From NCBI RefSeq assembly GCF_009914755.1, contig NC_060932.1: a stretch of 64,000 nt of DNA. One strand, given 5' to 3'. Positions 25,633 through 40,054 of this stretch are shown here, piece after piece. Under the pieces are notes generated by a model. That model was not told the DNA's origin. It did no database searches and saw nothing but the letters and a program-made list of their open reading frames with translations. A program made the position numbers and the translations under genes. The first letter of the stretch is position 1, and each line of letters opens with the position of its first letter. Source of the DNA: the human T2T-CHM13v2.0 reference genome, Homo sapiens.

Positions 25633-26834
25633 GTGGTCACCTCTCAGCAGCTCTGAGTGGAGCAGAAATGATCTACTCCCTCCCTCTTTCTGACCTCCAC
25701 TCTGATTCCTGACCATGTTCAGGGATGACTCTGAGTCCTGGAACACTTTCATCTGCAGTGGAAAAGATTTTTTGTTTGTTTGCAAGAAACAGGTGAAACC
25801 TTTCTGAATCAGTTTTCCAGCTAAGAGTTATACCTGTAGAAAGGATATTACCTTGGTGGGGAGTAAAATGAAGGCAAGTTGGGTATTTGATTGTACTACT
25901 GTACCATTGTGTTTCATTCTTTCCTATCTTTCTTCTTTTTTTAATTCGAGAATCTTACTTGTTTGTGATACTCTTTGAGTCCGTCCCCTACCCCAGTCTT
26001 TCTGAGTCATCTCATTCACTCTGTGCAGAATTACCATTCAAGCCTTTTCAACTTCCTTTATGACAAAAATTTCATGCCTCAGTTTCCCAGATTTCTATTC
26101 TGGGGCAAACCAAACACTTCTTGTAGTGGACATGCTCACCAGAAAGCACTGACACACCTGCTCTTGAAAGGCTCCTTCTTCTTCCGTCTTCAGATTCTAG
26201 GCAAGACTTTTGCTCAGGCAAACTGGGGGAGACCTGGAGCAGCTTCATTGCACATTAACTTCTTCAATGGATTTTAATTTATAATTGGACAAAAATTGTT
26301 GGTTTAGTGGTCTCCAATATGCCTTTTAGTTGTAGTATTTATGAAAGCATCAAAACAGCACAGTTCTGCCTGACACAACCCATCATATAAGATACCTTGG
26401 GTCGTCCATTCAAACGCAGAGTGCTTTGGATTTTTCTTCCTCTCAGATTATGGAGTACATGCAGGTTGTTTTCACAGTAGGATGGAAGGCCTAGTTTTCA
26501 TTCTGTCTATCATAATGATGGCCTTAATTCTTTGGGTAATTAATAGATTCTTTACAACCAAGTATATAGAAATGAAAATAATAACCAATATGCCCCTGAA
26601 GCCTGTGGGACACAAAAGCGTGTGTGAAGCCCTCAAGCATCCTGATACGGCCATGGCCTGAATAATGAAGGCAATTTGAAGCTATCAGCTTCTATAACTG
26701 AGTCTCCAAAAGAACCAACACAGAGCCACGGTGCTCTGTGCTTTGAGGCATATTCACTCACTACCTACACGCACACTTATCATAGAAATGTAAACTCCTG
26801 CAGAGCTTCTTCCCAGAGTAGTAGGAACAACATC

Positions 26835-27300
26835 AATAATCAATGTAAGTCAGCTTCATATGTGCATCAGACAATGCGTTGAGCACTTGAATAATCTTAT
26901 CAAATCTTCAAAACAATCTAATGAGAGGTAATATTTCCATTTTAGGTATGGAAAAACAAATTTAACAATGAAGACAAGTAATGCAAAATGTTAGTTGTTT
27001 TAGCTACTAAATACTAGGTGCAGCATAGTTCAGAACTACCTTTTCTAACCATTTGGTCTAGCTAGTAGACACAATGTAATCTAGTAACCAATTAACAGTA
27101 GTTAGAGACTTAATATAATTTAATCCAGTAGTAGTGAGGTACTTATTCTAATTGTCAGATAGGATTTAATCCAACTGCTTAATCTGATGATTTATTCTAG
27201 CTACTAGGTGCCAGATAAAACTGGCTAGAGGGCTAGAAATATTGTAACCCAGGCAGTCTGACTCACAAGTCTGGTAGCTTAATTATTACTATCCATGGCT
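26835..27300 (-). mobile_element. MIR SINE split by an internal ~200-bp degenerate stretch
   Basis: AATCTTCAAAACAATCTAATGAGAGG..CCATTTTAGGTATGGAAAAAC on the left and AACCCAGGCAGTCTGACTC on the right. Confidence 0.6.
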
Positions 27301-29744
27301 TCCCCCACGCACTGGGGGAAGGTTAAATTGACTTTAATAGGGCACATTTCCTAAAGAAAAGTTTAACCTTGATCCACAGCCTTTAATTTTCTCTTGTGAC
27401 CTTCTAAAATGGAAATTTTCATGAAGAAGCCAGGACATTGATAAACCTATATTTAATGCCATAGTAATTTCCATTCTTTGATCAACAGAAACTTAAGCAA
27501 CCTATACCGCATGCCAGCAAAATAAAATACAGTATCTGGTTTTGTACTTGACAAAGAGAAAAGTAATAGAAAGTGATTAATCTGGGAATATTCCCAAGCC
27601 CTTTATAGAAATTCAATACTGTATTCAGCAGAGGATGTTTTCTCTGATTTTTTTTATATGTGTAATGAAAGGCAAAGATCACTGAGCCAGAAATGTCAAG
27701 TTATCTTTGAAACATGAATGCAGCATTACCAGGGCAGAGCTTCAACAGATACTAATGATATGTTAATTAGTTAATTGCACATTTTAATAACAGACTTACA
27801 AAGCCACAATTTCTTTGTGTTTAAATAACATAATTGTGTTTCAGTTGTGTTTTCAGTGAACACTGGGAAGTTTTCATTCACCTACACATCTCTATATAAT
27901 TAAGTTTTGGCTTTTCTTCCTTGAGCTATAAGGGATCCTAATGTCTTTATTACACAGGAATCATCTTTAGTCATCTATTTTTAGTTCTCTCTCTGAGATA
28001 TCTAGATTGTCATTCAGGCAGATGCACAGACCCTCACTGAGATCCTAGCACATTTACAAATGGAATGACTGTGCTCCCTTGGGGTAATGCTAAGTACAAA
28101 AGCAATCCCCTTCTTGCCAAGTAATCACATAGAAAAAATAAATTGTAATTTTTGAGGCTAGGTGGCTTGCATAACTTGTCAAACAAGACATGCAGCCCTA
28201 TTCCTGTGTCATTTAAATGCTTTAAAGTCGTCTCATTCTTGAGCTCTATTTTTAAATTGCCTTTTCTACAGAAGTTACAGCAGTGGCTGAAGAAAATGGT
28301 TTGATTATAGAAGACCTGTTCACCCTCAGCCACGTCACTCAGGAATGCATCTCTGTGAAATCATCTATAATCTCTATGAAATTAAAAAAATGTAACCTAT
28401 TAAAATTGTTTTTGCAAAAACATCTGTGATCTAAAATATACTAAGAGATATACTACAAAATTCACTAAGTAGTCACATTTACTAAGGAATATAAAGATTT
28501 TTTTCATTGTTGTTCTTTTTATATTAATGGGAGCCTCTCTTCTCTAAAGACAAATTTCTGGAAATGTTTGGGTCTTGGTATATTCAAAGGACTGACTGTG
28601 ATAATGACAACCGTGGTAAAAAGTAAGTTTTACTACTCAACCAAAACTCATTGGAATGAGTCTTCAAAAGCTGTGTTTCTCTCTTTATACTTTTCAGTAA
28701 TATGTTTTCTCCCTTATGAAGAAAGACTAAGAGCATGCTACCGTGGTGAATTTACATGCAAAGTCTGTCTCTCTTTATGATATGGGGAGAATCCTCGTGT
28801 TTGAAAATAATTGCACACTGCTGTCACTATTATCAAATACTATTGCATCAGAGATAGTTCCTGAGCCCAAGGGACTTAGGTCTTGTTTGTAGGATATTTC
28901 TGAGGTTTGGCACTCTAGAAGTTCCCACTTGCGTAAACTTTCAACTCTCTCTCTTTCCTAGCATAGCCTTGCAAGAACACGAGTTAGCTTTAGGTAGTTT
29001 GTCTCGGAATTGGAAAATTTCAAGGGGCATTTGGCAGTAGAGCAAGGCTATTTATTTCCAAAGGAAAGCGCAGCCCTTAGGTCTCAATGAGAATTCTGAA
29101 GTCATATCAGGGATTTTAAACTTCTAGTCAGGCAAGCCTCAATTCCGTGTTAGTGCTATGTAGAGGGGTCGTTTGCAAGAAGAGCCAAGGCACTGGTTAA
29201 ACAGGTTTGAGTCAACATGACATGGATGATTCAAGGATGCTGGAAGGCATGAAGAGATACACTTAGCTTTCCAACAGCCCCTGGGGAATCACGCAGCTTC
29301 TACCATATATGACAACCTGCCACCGGGCACATGCTCTGCCCTCTATTGGGAATATCTTCCTCTTTCCCCTTCTAGCCCCCACAGACCTCATTCTTACTGT
29401 CCTTTACTAATATAACTTCTCACCCATCAGGTCTCCAGTTAAGTTTCACTTCATCTAAAAAGACTTCTGACCAGCTGGGTCAGGTCAGCTCCCTTTGCCA
29501 TATCACAACACAATGCACCTTTCATTGAAAGTTCTTGTTCACAATTTTTATCGATAAATATTTGTTTACGCACTTGTTTATCACTGTTCTACTCACTAGG
29601 CTCTGTTTCAGAGAATTAGGGACTGTAAACCTTTGTTTCCTTCTCCATCAAAAGTGATTAGTACAAACTACCTGGTTCCTGGGGATAGTTCATACTGGGC
29701 TGCGTGATCCTTCAGTTTCCTTTTAATTGGCTCATCCCAGAAAT

Positions 29745-29927
29745 TAGTGGGTTCTCAAACATTGCCATGCATCGGATTCACTGGGAGAGCTTGTGAAAGT
29801 GTAGATAGTTGGCCCCACCTGCAGAGTGTCTAATTCAGTCTGTCTCTGGTGGCGGCTAAGAATTCTCATTCTAACATCAGGTGATGCTGATGCTGCTAAT
29901 CTGGGAACCACACTTCCAGAGACACTG
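29745..29927. mobile_element. MER5A (hAT-Charlie)
   Basis: AGTGGGTTCTCAAAC..TGCATCGGATTCACTGGGAGAGCTTGTGAAA..CAGGTGATGCTGATGCTGCT..ACCACACTT. Confidence 0.85.
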
Positions 29928-30159
29928 CCACGAATCTATAGGTCTTCAAGGAAGGTTTTCCTAAGAGGGGAGTTGAGACAACAGGAAAGTATTAGAATGG
30001 GGGGTTCTATGTCATTAGGAGAAAATGCACTGTTCACATACTGAAAACGCAAGAATGCAGACCTCTAGAAAAACTGGTGAGAACGTCAATATCACCCGTT
30101 ACGTACCTTTGCCTTTCTCCCATCTTTAATCTAATCCTCATTTACTTCATATACAACCA

Positions 30160-30420
30160 ACATTTACTTACTCAAGGGCCTTCCAACTTCTTTGCTGCAG
30201 GCCAAAATAGACACCAGCTCTGACTGCCACATGCAAAATTAATTGCTGCCATGTCTGTAGTCCTCTGTCACACCTACATATTTTTATTATCATGCTTGTC
30301 ACATTTAAATGTTTATTCAGCTGTCTTTCTGCCTTGGTTTGCCAAGAGTGCTCCCAGGCCCCAACTGACTATCATAGTGCCAGGCATATAGCAGGTGCTC
30401 CATACATGTCCAATGAGTCA
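30160..30420 (+). mobile_element. L2 3' end fragment
   Basis: CATAGTGCCAGGCATATAGCAGGTGCTCCATACATG matches the L2 terminus. Confidence 0.55.
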
Positions 30421-31899
30421 GGACAGTCTAGTCTTTGACAGTATAGAGAAGTTTTCATAGAGATTTCAAAAGGAATGCTGGTACTTCCATGTATTCCTGA
30501 TGTTTCACAGGACGAAGACAAGACAAAACCCAAACAACCAGAGCCACTGGGAAAGAAATAGTGCTTCTCAGTCACAAAAATCAAAATGGGATTTGGGAAA
30601 TATGGTGACCCTTCAGGGAGAGCTAAGTCCAAGTGTTTTCTTGTTAAGAAGGGATCGAAGGGAGCACGGGAGGACCTGGGCACACTGCAGACTCTGAGGC
30701 AGCCTTTGGGACCTGGGGCTGGTCATGGAAGAGGTCAGAATGGGATGCCTCCTTGGTGTGGTCTGTAATCAACCGAGGGTCAGTCTACAAGGGTTAGAAG
30801 GAGGCTTCTCCGACAGTTCTCCCTTGTCACTGGTGACTCATTATTGGGGGACTGGAGTCTTTAGTTTATAAAACTTTGAGAAAGTAGCTTTTCTGGGATA
30901 GAATAGAAGGAAATGGTTTATCTCTTGTAAAACATTGAATTTGTTATGAAAAAGCCTTGGTTCAATTCCTGGCTTTGGCAATGATCATGGTGTTGCATCA
31001 CTGGGTCCGGCACATCATCAGGCTGACCTCACTCTTTGTAACACAAAATTCAAAGATGGGGCCATTGATCTTTAGGCTCCTGTTCAGCTTTAAACGCAGG
31101 CATTTTCACCCTGAGATGTTGAGAAAAGTGCTTCCTCATTCAGCCCTTTATCTTTGAAATGGGGATAATAACGTTTGTTCTTTATTAATATAAGTACAAG
31201 TACTTTAAAGCTATGAATTAACACTGTTCCATCCGTTTGATCACTCCGTCTTACTGGCAGGGGATGAATCTTGAATTCTAAAGAGCTGTTTTTCCTGAGA
31301 TCGTGATAAAGGTAGTTCTAAGGTGACTCCTCTGTGTGTACCTATGTCCATAACTCCTCTATGATATTAAATATCCAACAGGACTGTGAGATCTGAATTC
31401 TTTTTCTATTCGAATTATTTTTTAAGGGAGAAGGGCAATCTGTGAGTATGAAACACCCAAGTTAATTATGAAACTTAGAGAGCAATTACCAGAGATAAGT
31501 TTATGAGCACGGAAAACTGCTAACCTGCTATAACCTTCACACTGTACCTTAATTATGGACAATTATGGTTTTAAACTTCAGCCTTTACCTGTGATTCTTA
31601 CTTGTTCTGATCTATAGACCATGTAGTAAGGCATTTGCTTCATGTTCGACTTACTGGGAGTGGGCATGGATTTTATCTAGAATAGACATTTGGTTTTTCC
31701 CAACCGAGTGCCTGTTGAGAGTTTTAGCAGAGTTGTTCCCTGGTGTTCCTTGACAATGTGTTCTTTTCTCTGCACGCCTGACCACATCCTCGGTCAAGGC
31801 CATCATGGGACAACCACAGGCACACACTCCTTCAGAACCCAGGACCAGGCTCAAGTCAGGCCATTCCTTGCCACCATCTATGCCAGGAATCAATATTCA

Positions 31900-32140
31900 A
31901 TACTAGATGGATGTTTGTTTTTGTAGGAAAATTGTGAAAGCGGATTTCACAATGCGGCGCAGAAAGGGAACCTCCATGGACAATAGCTGAGTGAGAGATG
32001 AGGAGAATCAGGGCTATGTCTACACTGCTTCAGCAACTTTAAGGGTGTTCATCTCCATTAGCCAACACATTTTTGTCTTACTTAAGCCACTATGTGTTGT
32101 GTTTTTGCTCATTTGAAGCCTACAAAGTCTTAACAAAGCA
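31900..32140 (+). mobile_element. Old MLT1-type LTR 3' fragment
   Basis: AGCCAACACATTTTTGTCTTACTTAAGCCACTATGTGTTGTGTTTTTGCTCATTTGAAGCC resembles an MLT1 3' end. Confidence 0.5.
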
Positions 32141-34691
32141 CATATAGATAAAAGTCCTGGAAAGGCTTTTGTTTGTTTTTGTTTGCTTCAGTGTTTTTCT
32201 GAGATGCTTACAACCTAATTCAAACCATTTACTAATCTTCTTATGCTTAGTGAGAAAAAAAAAATTCCATAAAGCATTTCACGATTTCATCAGTCACTGG
32301 GGTAATGAATAAAAAGCTACACAATAATTTCCTTAAACGGGTGTCCATATTTGTATTCATATTCACATGACAATTCTGTAAGTCTAAGCAGTGAGTTGTT
32401 TAATAAAAGAGACCACATACAAACAATATATCGTTTGTACTCAAAAGATACAGGAAAGGGAACTTCACAAAATAAATAAAATAATAATGCATTGTTTTTG
32501 GTGGGGACTCTAATCTCACAGGGTCCTTTTCTGAGCTTTGCCTCTCAATGAGTCATGTGAATGACAATTTGTCCTCAGCCTCTATACCAGGTAGTGAGAT
32601 ACTTAAATGCAGGGAAATTAAGGACTGTTGACACCTAGATATTAATTAAAGTGCTTACAATGATGTGGCTAGATTAAAATAAGACACGATCCCCTTGAAA
32701 TGGTCCATGTTCTTTTCACAACACTGAAAAACAGTTTGTGGGGAAGAGTTCAAAAGCTAAGCTGAAATTCAACTATCCTCAGAGACCTTGCTTATGAGGA
32801 AATAAATACTTACGCTATAAAGGGCCAAAATGGAAAATACATTGACTGACAAATCTGTATCCTAGCCACAGTAAAGACGAATTAAGGAAGAGATTGCAAC
32901 GCATGCAAATGACAACATGAGCTGTTTGTTTCCTCAGTAGACTCCACAAACACCACATCTCCCCAAGTCTTGCCTATTTTAATTAACCAAGGGTCAATGT
33001 ATAGTAGCTATTGAATTAACTGTCTTTCCTTTGAGGTTGCTAGGAGTTTTGAAACATTTATTTCATCACATCCTGAATTAGCCAACGAGGACCAGTTTAA
33101 TGACATGCCAGCTCTTTCGTGGCTGTGATAATGTGTTTTGTCCTCTTTGATAACGTCAGCTATCTATCATGGTAAAGGGAACAGGCAGTGCAATTTCTTG
33201 GGAGGAAATCTGGAATTAACTCTTAGATTACTTAATGGTATATTGTGACAGCATTTAAAAATTGAGTGTTGTATAAAGGCTGGTATACCAAGAAAATTCT
33301 ATTTTAAGCTAGTTTTTTTTTTTTTTTTTTAACTAGATGAAGACTTTCACATATGTTCCCACTGGCATTGTAACACAATTACATTTCAAAGAAATTCATG
33401 ACATAATTTTACTTCAGTCAGGTATCCTTGCTAATAAAAAAGAGGGTGAAATTGTCCTGTCATCATTAAGATAGCAATCAAATTGCTATCCATGCAAATA
33501 CATTTAATTGTATAACCTTTAATATCTGCTAAGATATCATATGATCTGTTATACTGCAAGTAAATTTGATTTTGCAATGATGTGAAGTAAATAAACAGTC
33601 TAGGAGATTTAAGGAGGTGATATTTTCCCTAGGGGCCTGTAAAAGAACTATTTTAATTAAGTCTATAAGCATGGTATTTAGTAATGTCGTATCTTTTGGA
33701 CTTTTATGTGCATTAAAAGAAGGGCTGGCGTGAATATGAAGACTGATCCATCTACTCTAATATAACACAACGTAGGAGTCTATAACACAATTTAACAAGA
33801 ATTTTAAGATATTTTAAAAAGAAATTCTTCAAACTGCCTTTATGCAATAATGAACATATTATGTTAATTATACAAAATTATTTAAGTGGCTTAAAAGCCC
33901 TGTACTTTCCAATATTCAACTATTCACTCCTCCTATACCAAATGGTCCATGGTCCATTTCTGGAGGTATGAGGGATCAAGAAGCAACAGAAAATGATCTC
34001 ACTCTATTAATGTCTTCTGTTACTGAAAAACTTAAAGTATGTCTTCTTGAAAGCTTCGAAGTTTATGTTTTCTATCAGACAAGAGAAAAAGAAGAGAAAG
34101 TGATCGCTTTTCCTTTTTGCTACTCTTCTTACTTGTTAAGTCTGTTGCTTCTGGAGTCTTTTCTGAGAAATGTAAGACCCTGAAATATGTGATTCTTACC
34201 TAAGTAAAAGGAGAACCGTTCAACAGATTAATGCAACAGATTAAAAACTGTCTTTAAAATAAAGCTGATGCTTATTATTCTGCAAAATGTGTTTCAAATT
34301 CCCTGAAGGAAGAGCTTGAGATCAGAACCCATGTTCTTTGCAATAACGTACCAGCTCAGCCCCAGATTCTGGTACCCCCAGCGTGGAAGTCAAGATGCAA
34401 ACTGCAAGACACTTTCAACATGTTTCCCAGCTCATCAGCTCGTCTGCATTCTGAATAGAAATGCGATCTTGCTTATACTTAGTTCTGAAATTCTGTATCT
34501 GAATCTTGAGTCATTTGTTCTTTCTACTCAGTTCCTGCAAACCAGAGCCAGTTATCTGACCAAGGACATCTTTGACTCTAGATGGCTTTACCTCTTATAC
34601 ATTATACTATATCAGGGAGTAAACTTAAAAACAAACACCTGTCATCTCTAGAGCATGACAGAATTGTCATGAAATAATGATTTGCACACTC

Positions 34692-34907
34692 CATAGCTTT
34701 CAACTGTGGCCGAATTCATCCTCCCTTCCGTGACGCCATTTGGCACTACCTGGAGACGCCTGTGGTTGTGATATCAGGGTGGATACCACTTGCACCTAGT
34801 GGTAAGGCCATGGGTGCTGCTGGACATCCCACAGCACACAGAACGGCCTCCCAAACAAAGAGCTATCCAACCTCAAATGTGAATAGTGCTGAGATGGAGA
34901 CATTAGC
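34692..34907 (+). mobile_element. MER20 (hAT-Charlie)
   Basis: CATTTGGCACTACCTGGAGAC..GGTTGT..GCTGCTGGACATCCCACAGCACACAG..AACAAAGAGCTATCC..AAATGTGAATAGTGCTGAG. Confidence 0.85.
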
Positions 34908-36496
34908 TTAGCCCTCTGGTGATCGCTGATTCTGAAGTAGAAATCTTAACTTAGGTATGAATCCACAACTTGCATTTCCAATGGACTATTCTGCCACGAT
35001 TTTCTATTTATTCTTCACGGTGTGATTATTTCAAGCCAACTCCAGTACCATGAAGAAGCGGACTCCTTCATACTAGACACACCCACTTGTGTTAATTATT
35101 TAAAGTCATGGTGAAAATAAATGACTTTAAAAACCGACACTCTCATTACTTCTGAAGTCAGCCATCCCAAAAAAATGATCTTTGAAACACAATCATCTGC
35201 ATAATAATTACTAAATTACAATAGTTACATAGAGACTAAACTAAGCAATGGTAGAAAAGGCACATGAAGATGTTTGGGAAAAAGATTAAATGTCCCCTGA
35301 TATTTGAGCTGTACATTTTTTCAGAAAATAATTAGACATGGGATATTTTGCTTAGTATTTCTCCCAGATATAGGGTGAGAAGCTGTTAAGTTTCTATAGT
35401 CCCAGGTCAACATAGTTTCTTTCTTTGCTCTCCTTTTATGGGAACATAGAGTACCCATATGATTTGGGTAAAGTGTCTGAGGATGTGTCATTGATAACAG
35501 AAGAAAGAATAACCAATGGTGTTGAGTATTAGTTCACTTCTGAACAAATCATGCATTTTCGGAACACATCAGGAGTTAGAGAACTGTGTTAAAACTTACA
35601 GATGAAATTAAATCTGGAATGAATTGAGATTAATTATATTGATAGTATAATACACTGACAGATATTGTGCCAGTCCCTCAGGTTTCTGTGTAAATATAAA
35701 AGTTAAACTCAAAAATATGTGTATGACTATGTTTAAACAAGATATCAAACAAAATAAAAGAAAAAACTGTGCTTTTGAAAAAATACCGCTTTGAAATTAC
35801 ATAAAAATTAATATGACTTAAAAATGTCTATCACTGCTAGACTTTCTTTTTTTTTTTTTAACAAATAAACAACCTAGACAATATCCTCCCAGTCTCTTAT
35901 CAATGATGGTGACTTTTTCATACTCTGAATTCTTTGGAATTGGAGATTCTCATGTACATAACATGGAAAGTCATAAAACCACATTGTTCATTTGATCTAT
36001 AGTAGTGAGCTAGTGAACGGGCCTAGAAAGTCTAAATTCTAGCCTTTGAATCCCAGCATGTGGCAGAGAAACTAGAGCCACTGATGCTCCAGACTTGTTA
36101 CACTAAATTATCATCAAGAGTAAATAGAAAGAGGAAAAAGAACAAATAATTCACTGGACTAGAAATCTCATTTATTCCTCCAATAGGTTTACTTGATGAA
36201 AGCATTACAACATCAAACTTAAAAATGGCAGTAAGATATTGTCTGTGTTATTAGGTCCCCGTGGGTTGGTTCTGATGATGACAATACTTGCCTTCCTGAC
36301 AAACCTGCCTTCACCTTTAGGTCTCTATCTCATTAACACAACAATCGCAGGCTCAGTCTCAAAGAAAACAAGATTGGATAAAAACCTTCCCTCTGTGCTC
36401 TCTGCATCTGGGAGAATCACGACTTTTCAGACAGAAGGGCACGTGTTATATTCGATCCTGGTTACGGTGCATTCATTTTCTCCACATTAAACTAGC

Positions 36497-37097
36497 CAGT
36501 TGTTCCTCATTCTCTGCAGTTTCCCTTGCTGTGTTTTCAGCTACCCACAGTCAACCACTGTCAGAAAATAAGTGAGCACAGCAGGAAAAGATATTCTGAG
36601 AGAAAGATGGAGAAGCAGACCACATTCACATAACTTTTATTATTGTATATAGTTATCATTGTTCTATTCCGTTAGTAGCTGTTATGAATCTCTCGCTGTG
36701 CCTAATTTATAAATTAAACTTCCTCATAGATGTTTATGTATAGTTAATAAGTACAAATATACAGGTTAATGGAAGAAACAAGACCTAGTATTTAATAGAT
36801 TAGTAGGGTGACTGCAGTTCACAATAATGTACCAAACAGAAGAGAATAATTTGGATGTTTCTAACATAAAGGAAAAACAAATATTTAAGATGGATATCTC
36901 AATTACACTGATTTTACCTTTACAAATCATGGGAATGTATTTAATTATGACCAGAACCTTGAAAATATGCATACCTAATGTGTGTCAATAATTTTTTTAA
37001 AATATGGTATACTGTATATAGCGTTTGGTACTATTTGTGGTTTCAGGTGTCTACTAGGGGTTTGGAACATATTTCTCAGGGGTAAGGGGGAACTATA
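36497..37097 (+). mobile_element. MER44A (Tigger7-derived), interrupted by an L1 3' end
   Basis: GACCACATTCACATAACTTTTATT..CTGTGCCTAATTTATAAATTAAACTT and right end GGTACTATTTGTGGTTTCAGG..TAAGGGGGAACTA. Confidence 0.85.
36744..37002 (+). mobile_element. L1MA/MB 3' UTR end nested in MER44A
   Basis: AAGACCTAGTATTTAATAG..GTAGGGTGACT..CATAAAGGAAAAACAAATATTTAAGATGGATATC..GAAAATATGCATAC. Confidence 0.75.
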
Positions 37098-37354
37098 TAT
37101 TTCACTTTCCACACCTCATAAATTCTATATGGTCCTCCCTATTCTACTATTCTAGGCAGCGAATCAAGAGAAAGATAAACCAACAAATAAATGATTAAAC
37201 AGGTTCGAACAATGCTTCTCATTGTGTTGTAAAGAAAAAACAATTTTAGGAGATGACAAGAGAGAAAGAAACAGGGTGAAGGAAGATAATCTGTTGAGAT
37301 GAGGTCTCTGGGAAAGAGAAATGAAGATCTTATAGAGAGAGCTCTTCATGATGA

Positions 37355-37772
<418 letters not shown>

Positions 37773-39724
37773 ATCTTCTTTATTTAGAGTCACAGAATAT
37801 TTACAGGCAATATTCATCTGGCATTTTAGGAAAACACTCCCGTGTTAAAAACTTAAAGCTCTTCTTTAATGGAACTTTCCACTTCTCTACTCTCAGAAGG
37901 TATGCTGAGTTTCAGAATAAAGAGCTAAGGAGAAATAACTTCCAGAAACAGAGGTCTTCCAAAAGCCCCAATGCAGACCAAAGTCAGGAATGTTTAATAA
38001 GCACGTGCATCTGGCCACACCAAGTCCAGCTTTCCCAGAGTCCAGAGCATACCCTTCACGGCTTCACACTAAGGACATTCTTGCTAAGATGCAGATTCAG
38101 CCCTGTTAACTACCAGACAAAAACCTGGTATTAGCTAAGTGGATTCTTTTGGTATCTTTGGTATACTTACTTGTATTTTAAGAAAAAGCACATTTTTACT
38201 TTATTTTAAAACCTTCCAACCCCAAACCACGACTCTTGTTCTATTCGGCTTGGAGCAGGCATGGAGGTCCGGGCTCAGCCAGCCTGGCACCATGTTATTC
38301 CCTGAGAGCCCAGGACCCAAAGAGAGTTTCAGCTAAGGGTAGTGCCTCCTCTGACTCTCATAGGATGCCAACTGCACACTCCCCACAGCTGCTCCTCCAT
38401 GAAAACGCAGAGCCCACCCCAAGATGCAGCCCCTGGGTCCGTGCAGCACAGGTGCTTCACCCTCTCTATTCAGAGCCACAGGGTGTAGTGGGAGAGAAGA
38501 ACATACACATGTTCCAAAGAAACTCCCTCATGTGAGAGAGCTAAACCCCTTCCTAAGGTCTCCAAATGTTTACTCTTGGAGGGAAATCTGAGTTTCAGAA
38601 AACACCACCAAACAATTATTAACTAATTAACTCCTCATGGATCAGCTATCCAGTGAGCTCAATGCATGTGCTAAATGCTTTCTTAGGCATGAGAGATACA
38701 ACTGCAGATTAGACCAGGGTAGGCTTACCCCAAGAAGACAGGAGACTAGCCAGCATGAAGACGTGAAGGAGGTGCAAGAATGAGAAGTGCTAGAAAAGGG
38801 AGAAACAGGGTCCCATGGGTCCCCACAGCAAGGGATGCCCGGCATCGTCTGATGACAGCAATGATGACCTTCTGAAGAAACGGCAGTCAACAAAGCAAGG
38901 GAGATGGAAAACACAACCAGAGGAATTTGATCAAGATAGACAGATGGTGTTAAAACACACCTGGCATAACCCCAAAACACCCGACCTACGTCCCTCTTTC
39001 CCTTTGAGTCGCTGTTTAACTACTGTGAATGACAAGATCCCTTGCATGATTTAACAGCCTTGCTCACACTTCCTTCCTGCAAACTTGAAAGCAAGACCAC
39101 CGCACATGCCCACACTCACTCACACTCACACCCTTCTTCTAAGGGGTTTGGTGGTTGACAAACTTCAAAAGAGAGGGGAAAAGCTGACATCAATGATTTA
39201 TCACTCTCTTTTGACATCCAGATTGACGGTAAAACATTTCCTGTTTGTAGGAAAATGGCACAGCTTCATAGCTTAAGGCAGAGTAGAGAGAAAAGTGTAG
39301 GAGGAGATGGGGGAAAGATTTGCTGGTCTAGCAGGCGGAAAGCAATCTGACATCAGAGGATGAGTCTGCCCACAGTGAAGCTCAATGTCTCCCAGGCTAA
39401 CACTATGGACAACCCTCTTTGGGCTGTGTAGTCAAACACCTCTGCTTCATACCTTTCAGTTATAAGGAACTTCTCACCTCATGAATAAGTCACAGGAAGC
39501 TATGAAGAGATGAGAGAGTGACAGGTAGGAGATTCATGTCATTTCATTTTATCATTATAGCTACCCTCTTTGTTTTGCTCCAGAAAGTCAAATTTACATT
39601 AATATTTTATCAACAAGGTAAAGAAAGTTGGAAGCTAGAAGTGCTTCCAACTTCACCTTCAATCGTCGGTGACACTGCTCTTTCTATTCTCCAAGAATGC
39701 TGGAGCTCAAAAGCGAAGGTGATT

Positions 39725-39727
<3 letters not shown>

Positions 39728-39769
<42 letters not shown>
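39728..39769. repeat. (AC)21 microsatellite
   Basis: Perfect dinucleotide run. Confidence 0.97.
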
Positions 39770-39772
<3 letters not shown>

Positions 39773-39810
39773 TATGTATATAAACGCCAACATGCGTAAC
39801 ATATATATGC

Positions 39811-40054
39811 TGAGACAGGATCTCACTTTGTTGCCCAGGCTGGAGTACAGTGGAGCAATCATGACTCACTGCGGCCTTGGCCTCCTGGGGGTCTTAGGTG
39901 ATCCTCCAATCTCAGCCTCCTGGGGAACTGGGACCACAGGCACATGTGGTACCATGATCAGCTAATTTTTAAAAATTATATAGAGATGTAAGCAATCCTT
40001 TTGCCTGGCCTCCCAAAGTACTGAGATTACAGGCGTGACCCATCGCACCTGGCC
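39811..40054 (-). mobile_element. AluJ with an internal deletion in the left monomer
   Basis: GAGACAGGATCTCAC, ATCATGACTCACTGCGGCCT; TAGAGATG joins directly to TAAGCAATCC, skipping about 45 bp of consensus. Confidence 0.88.
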
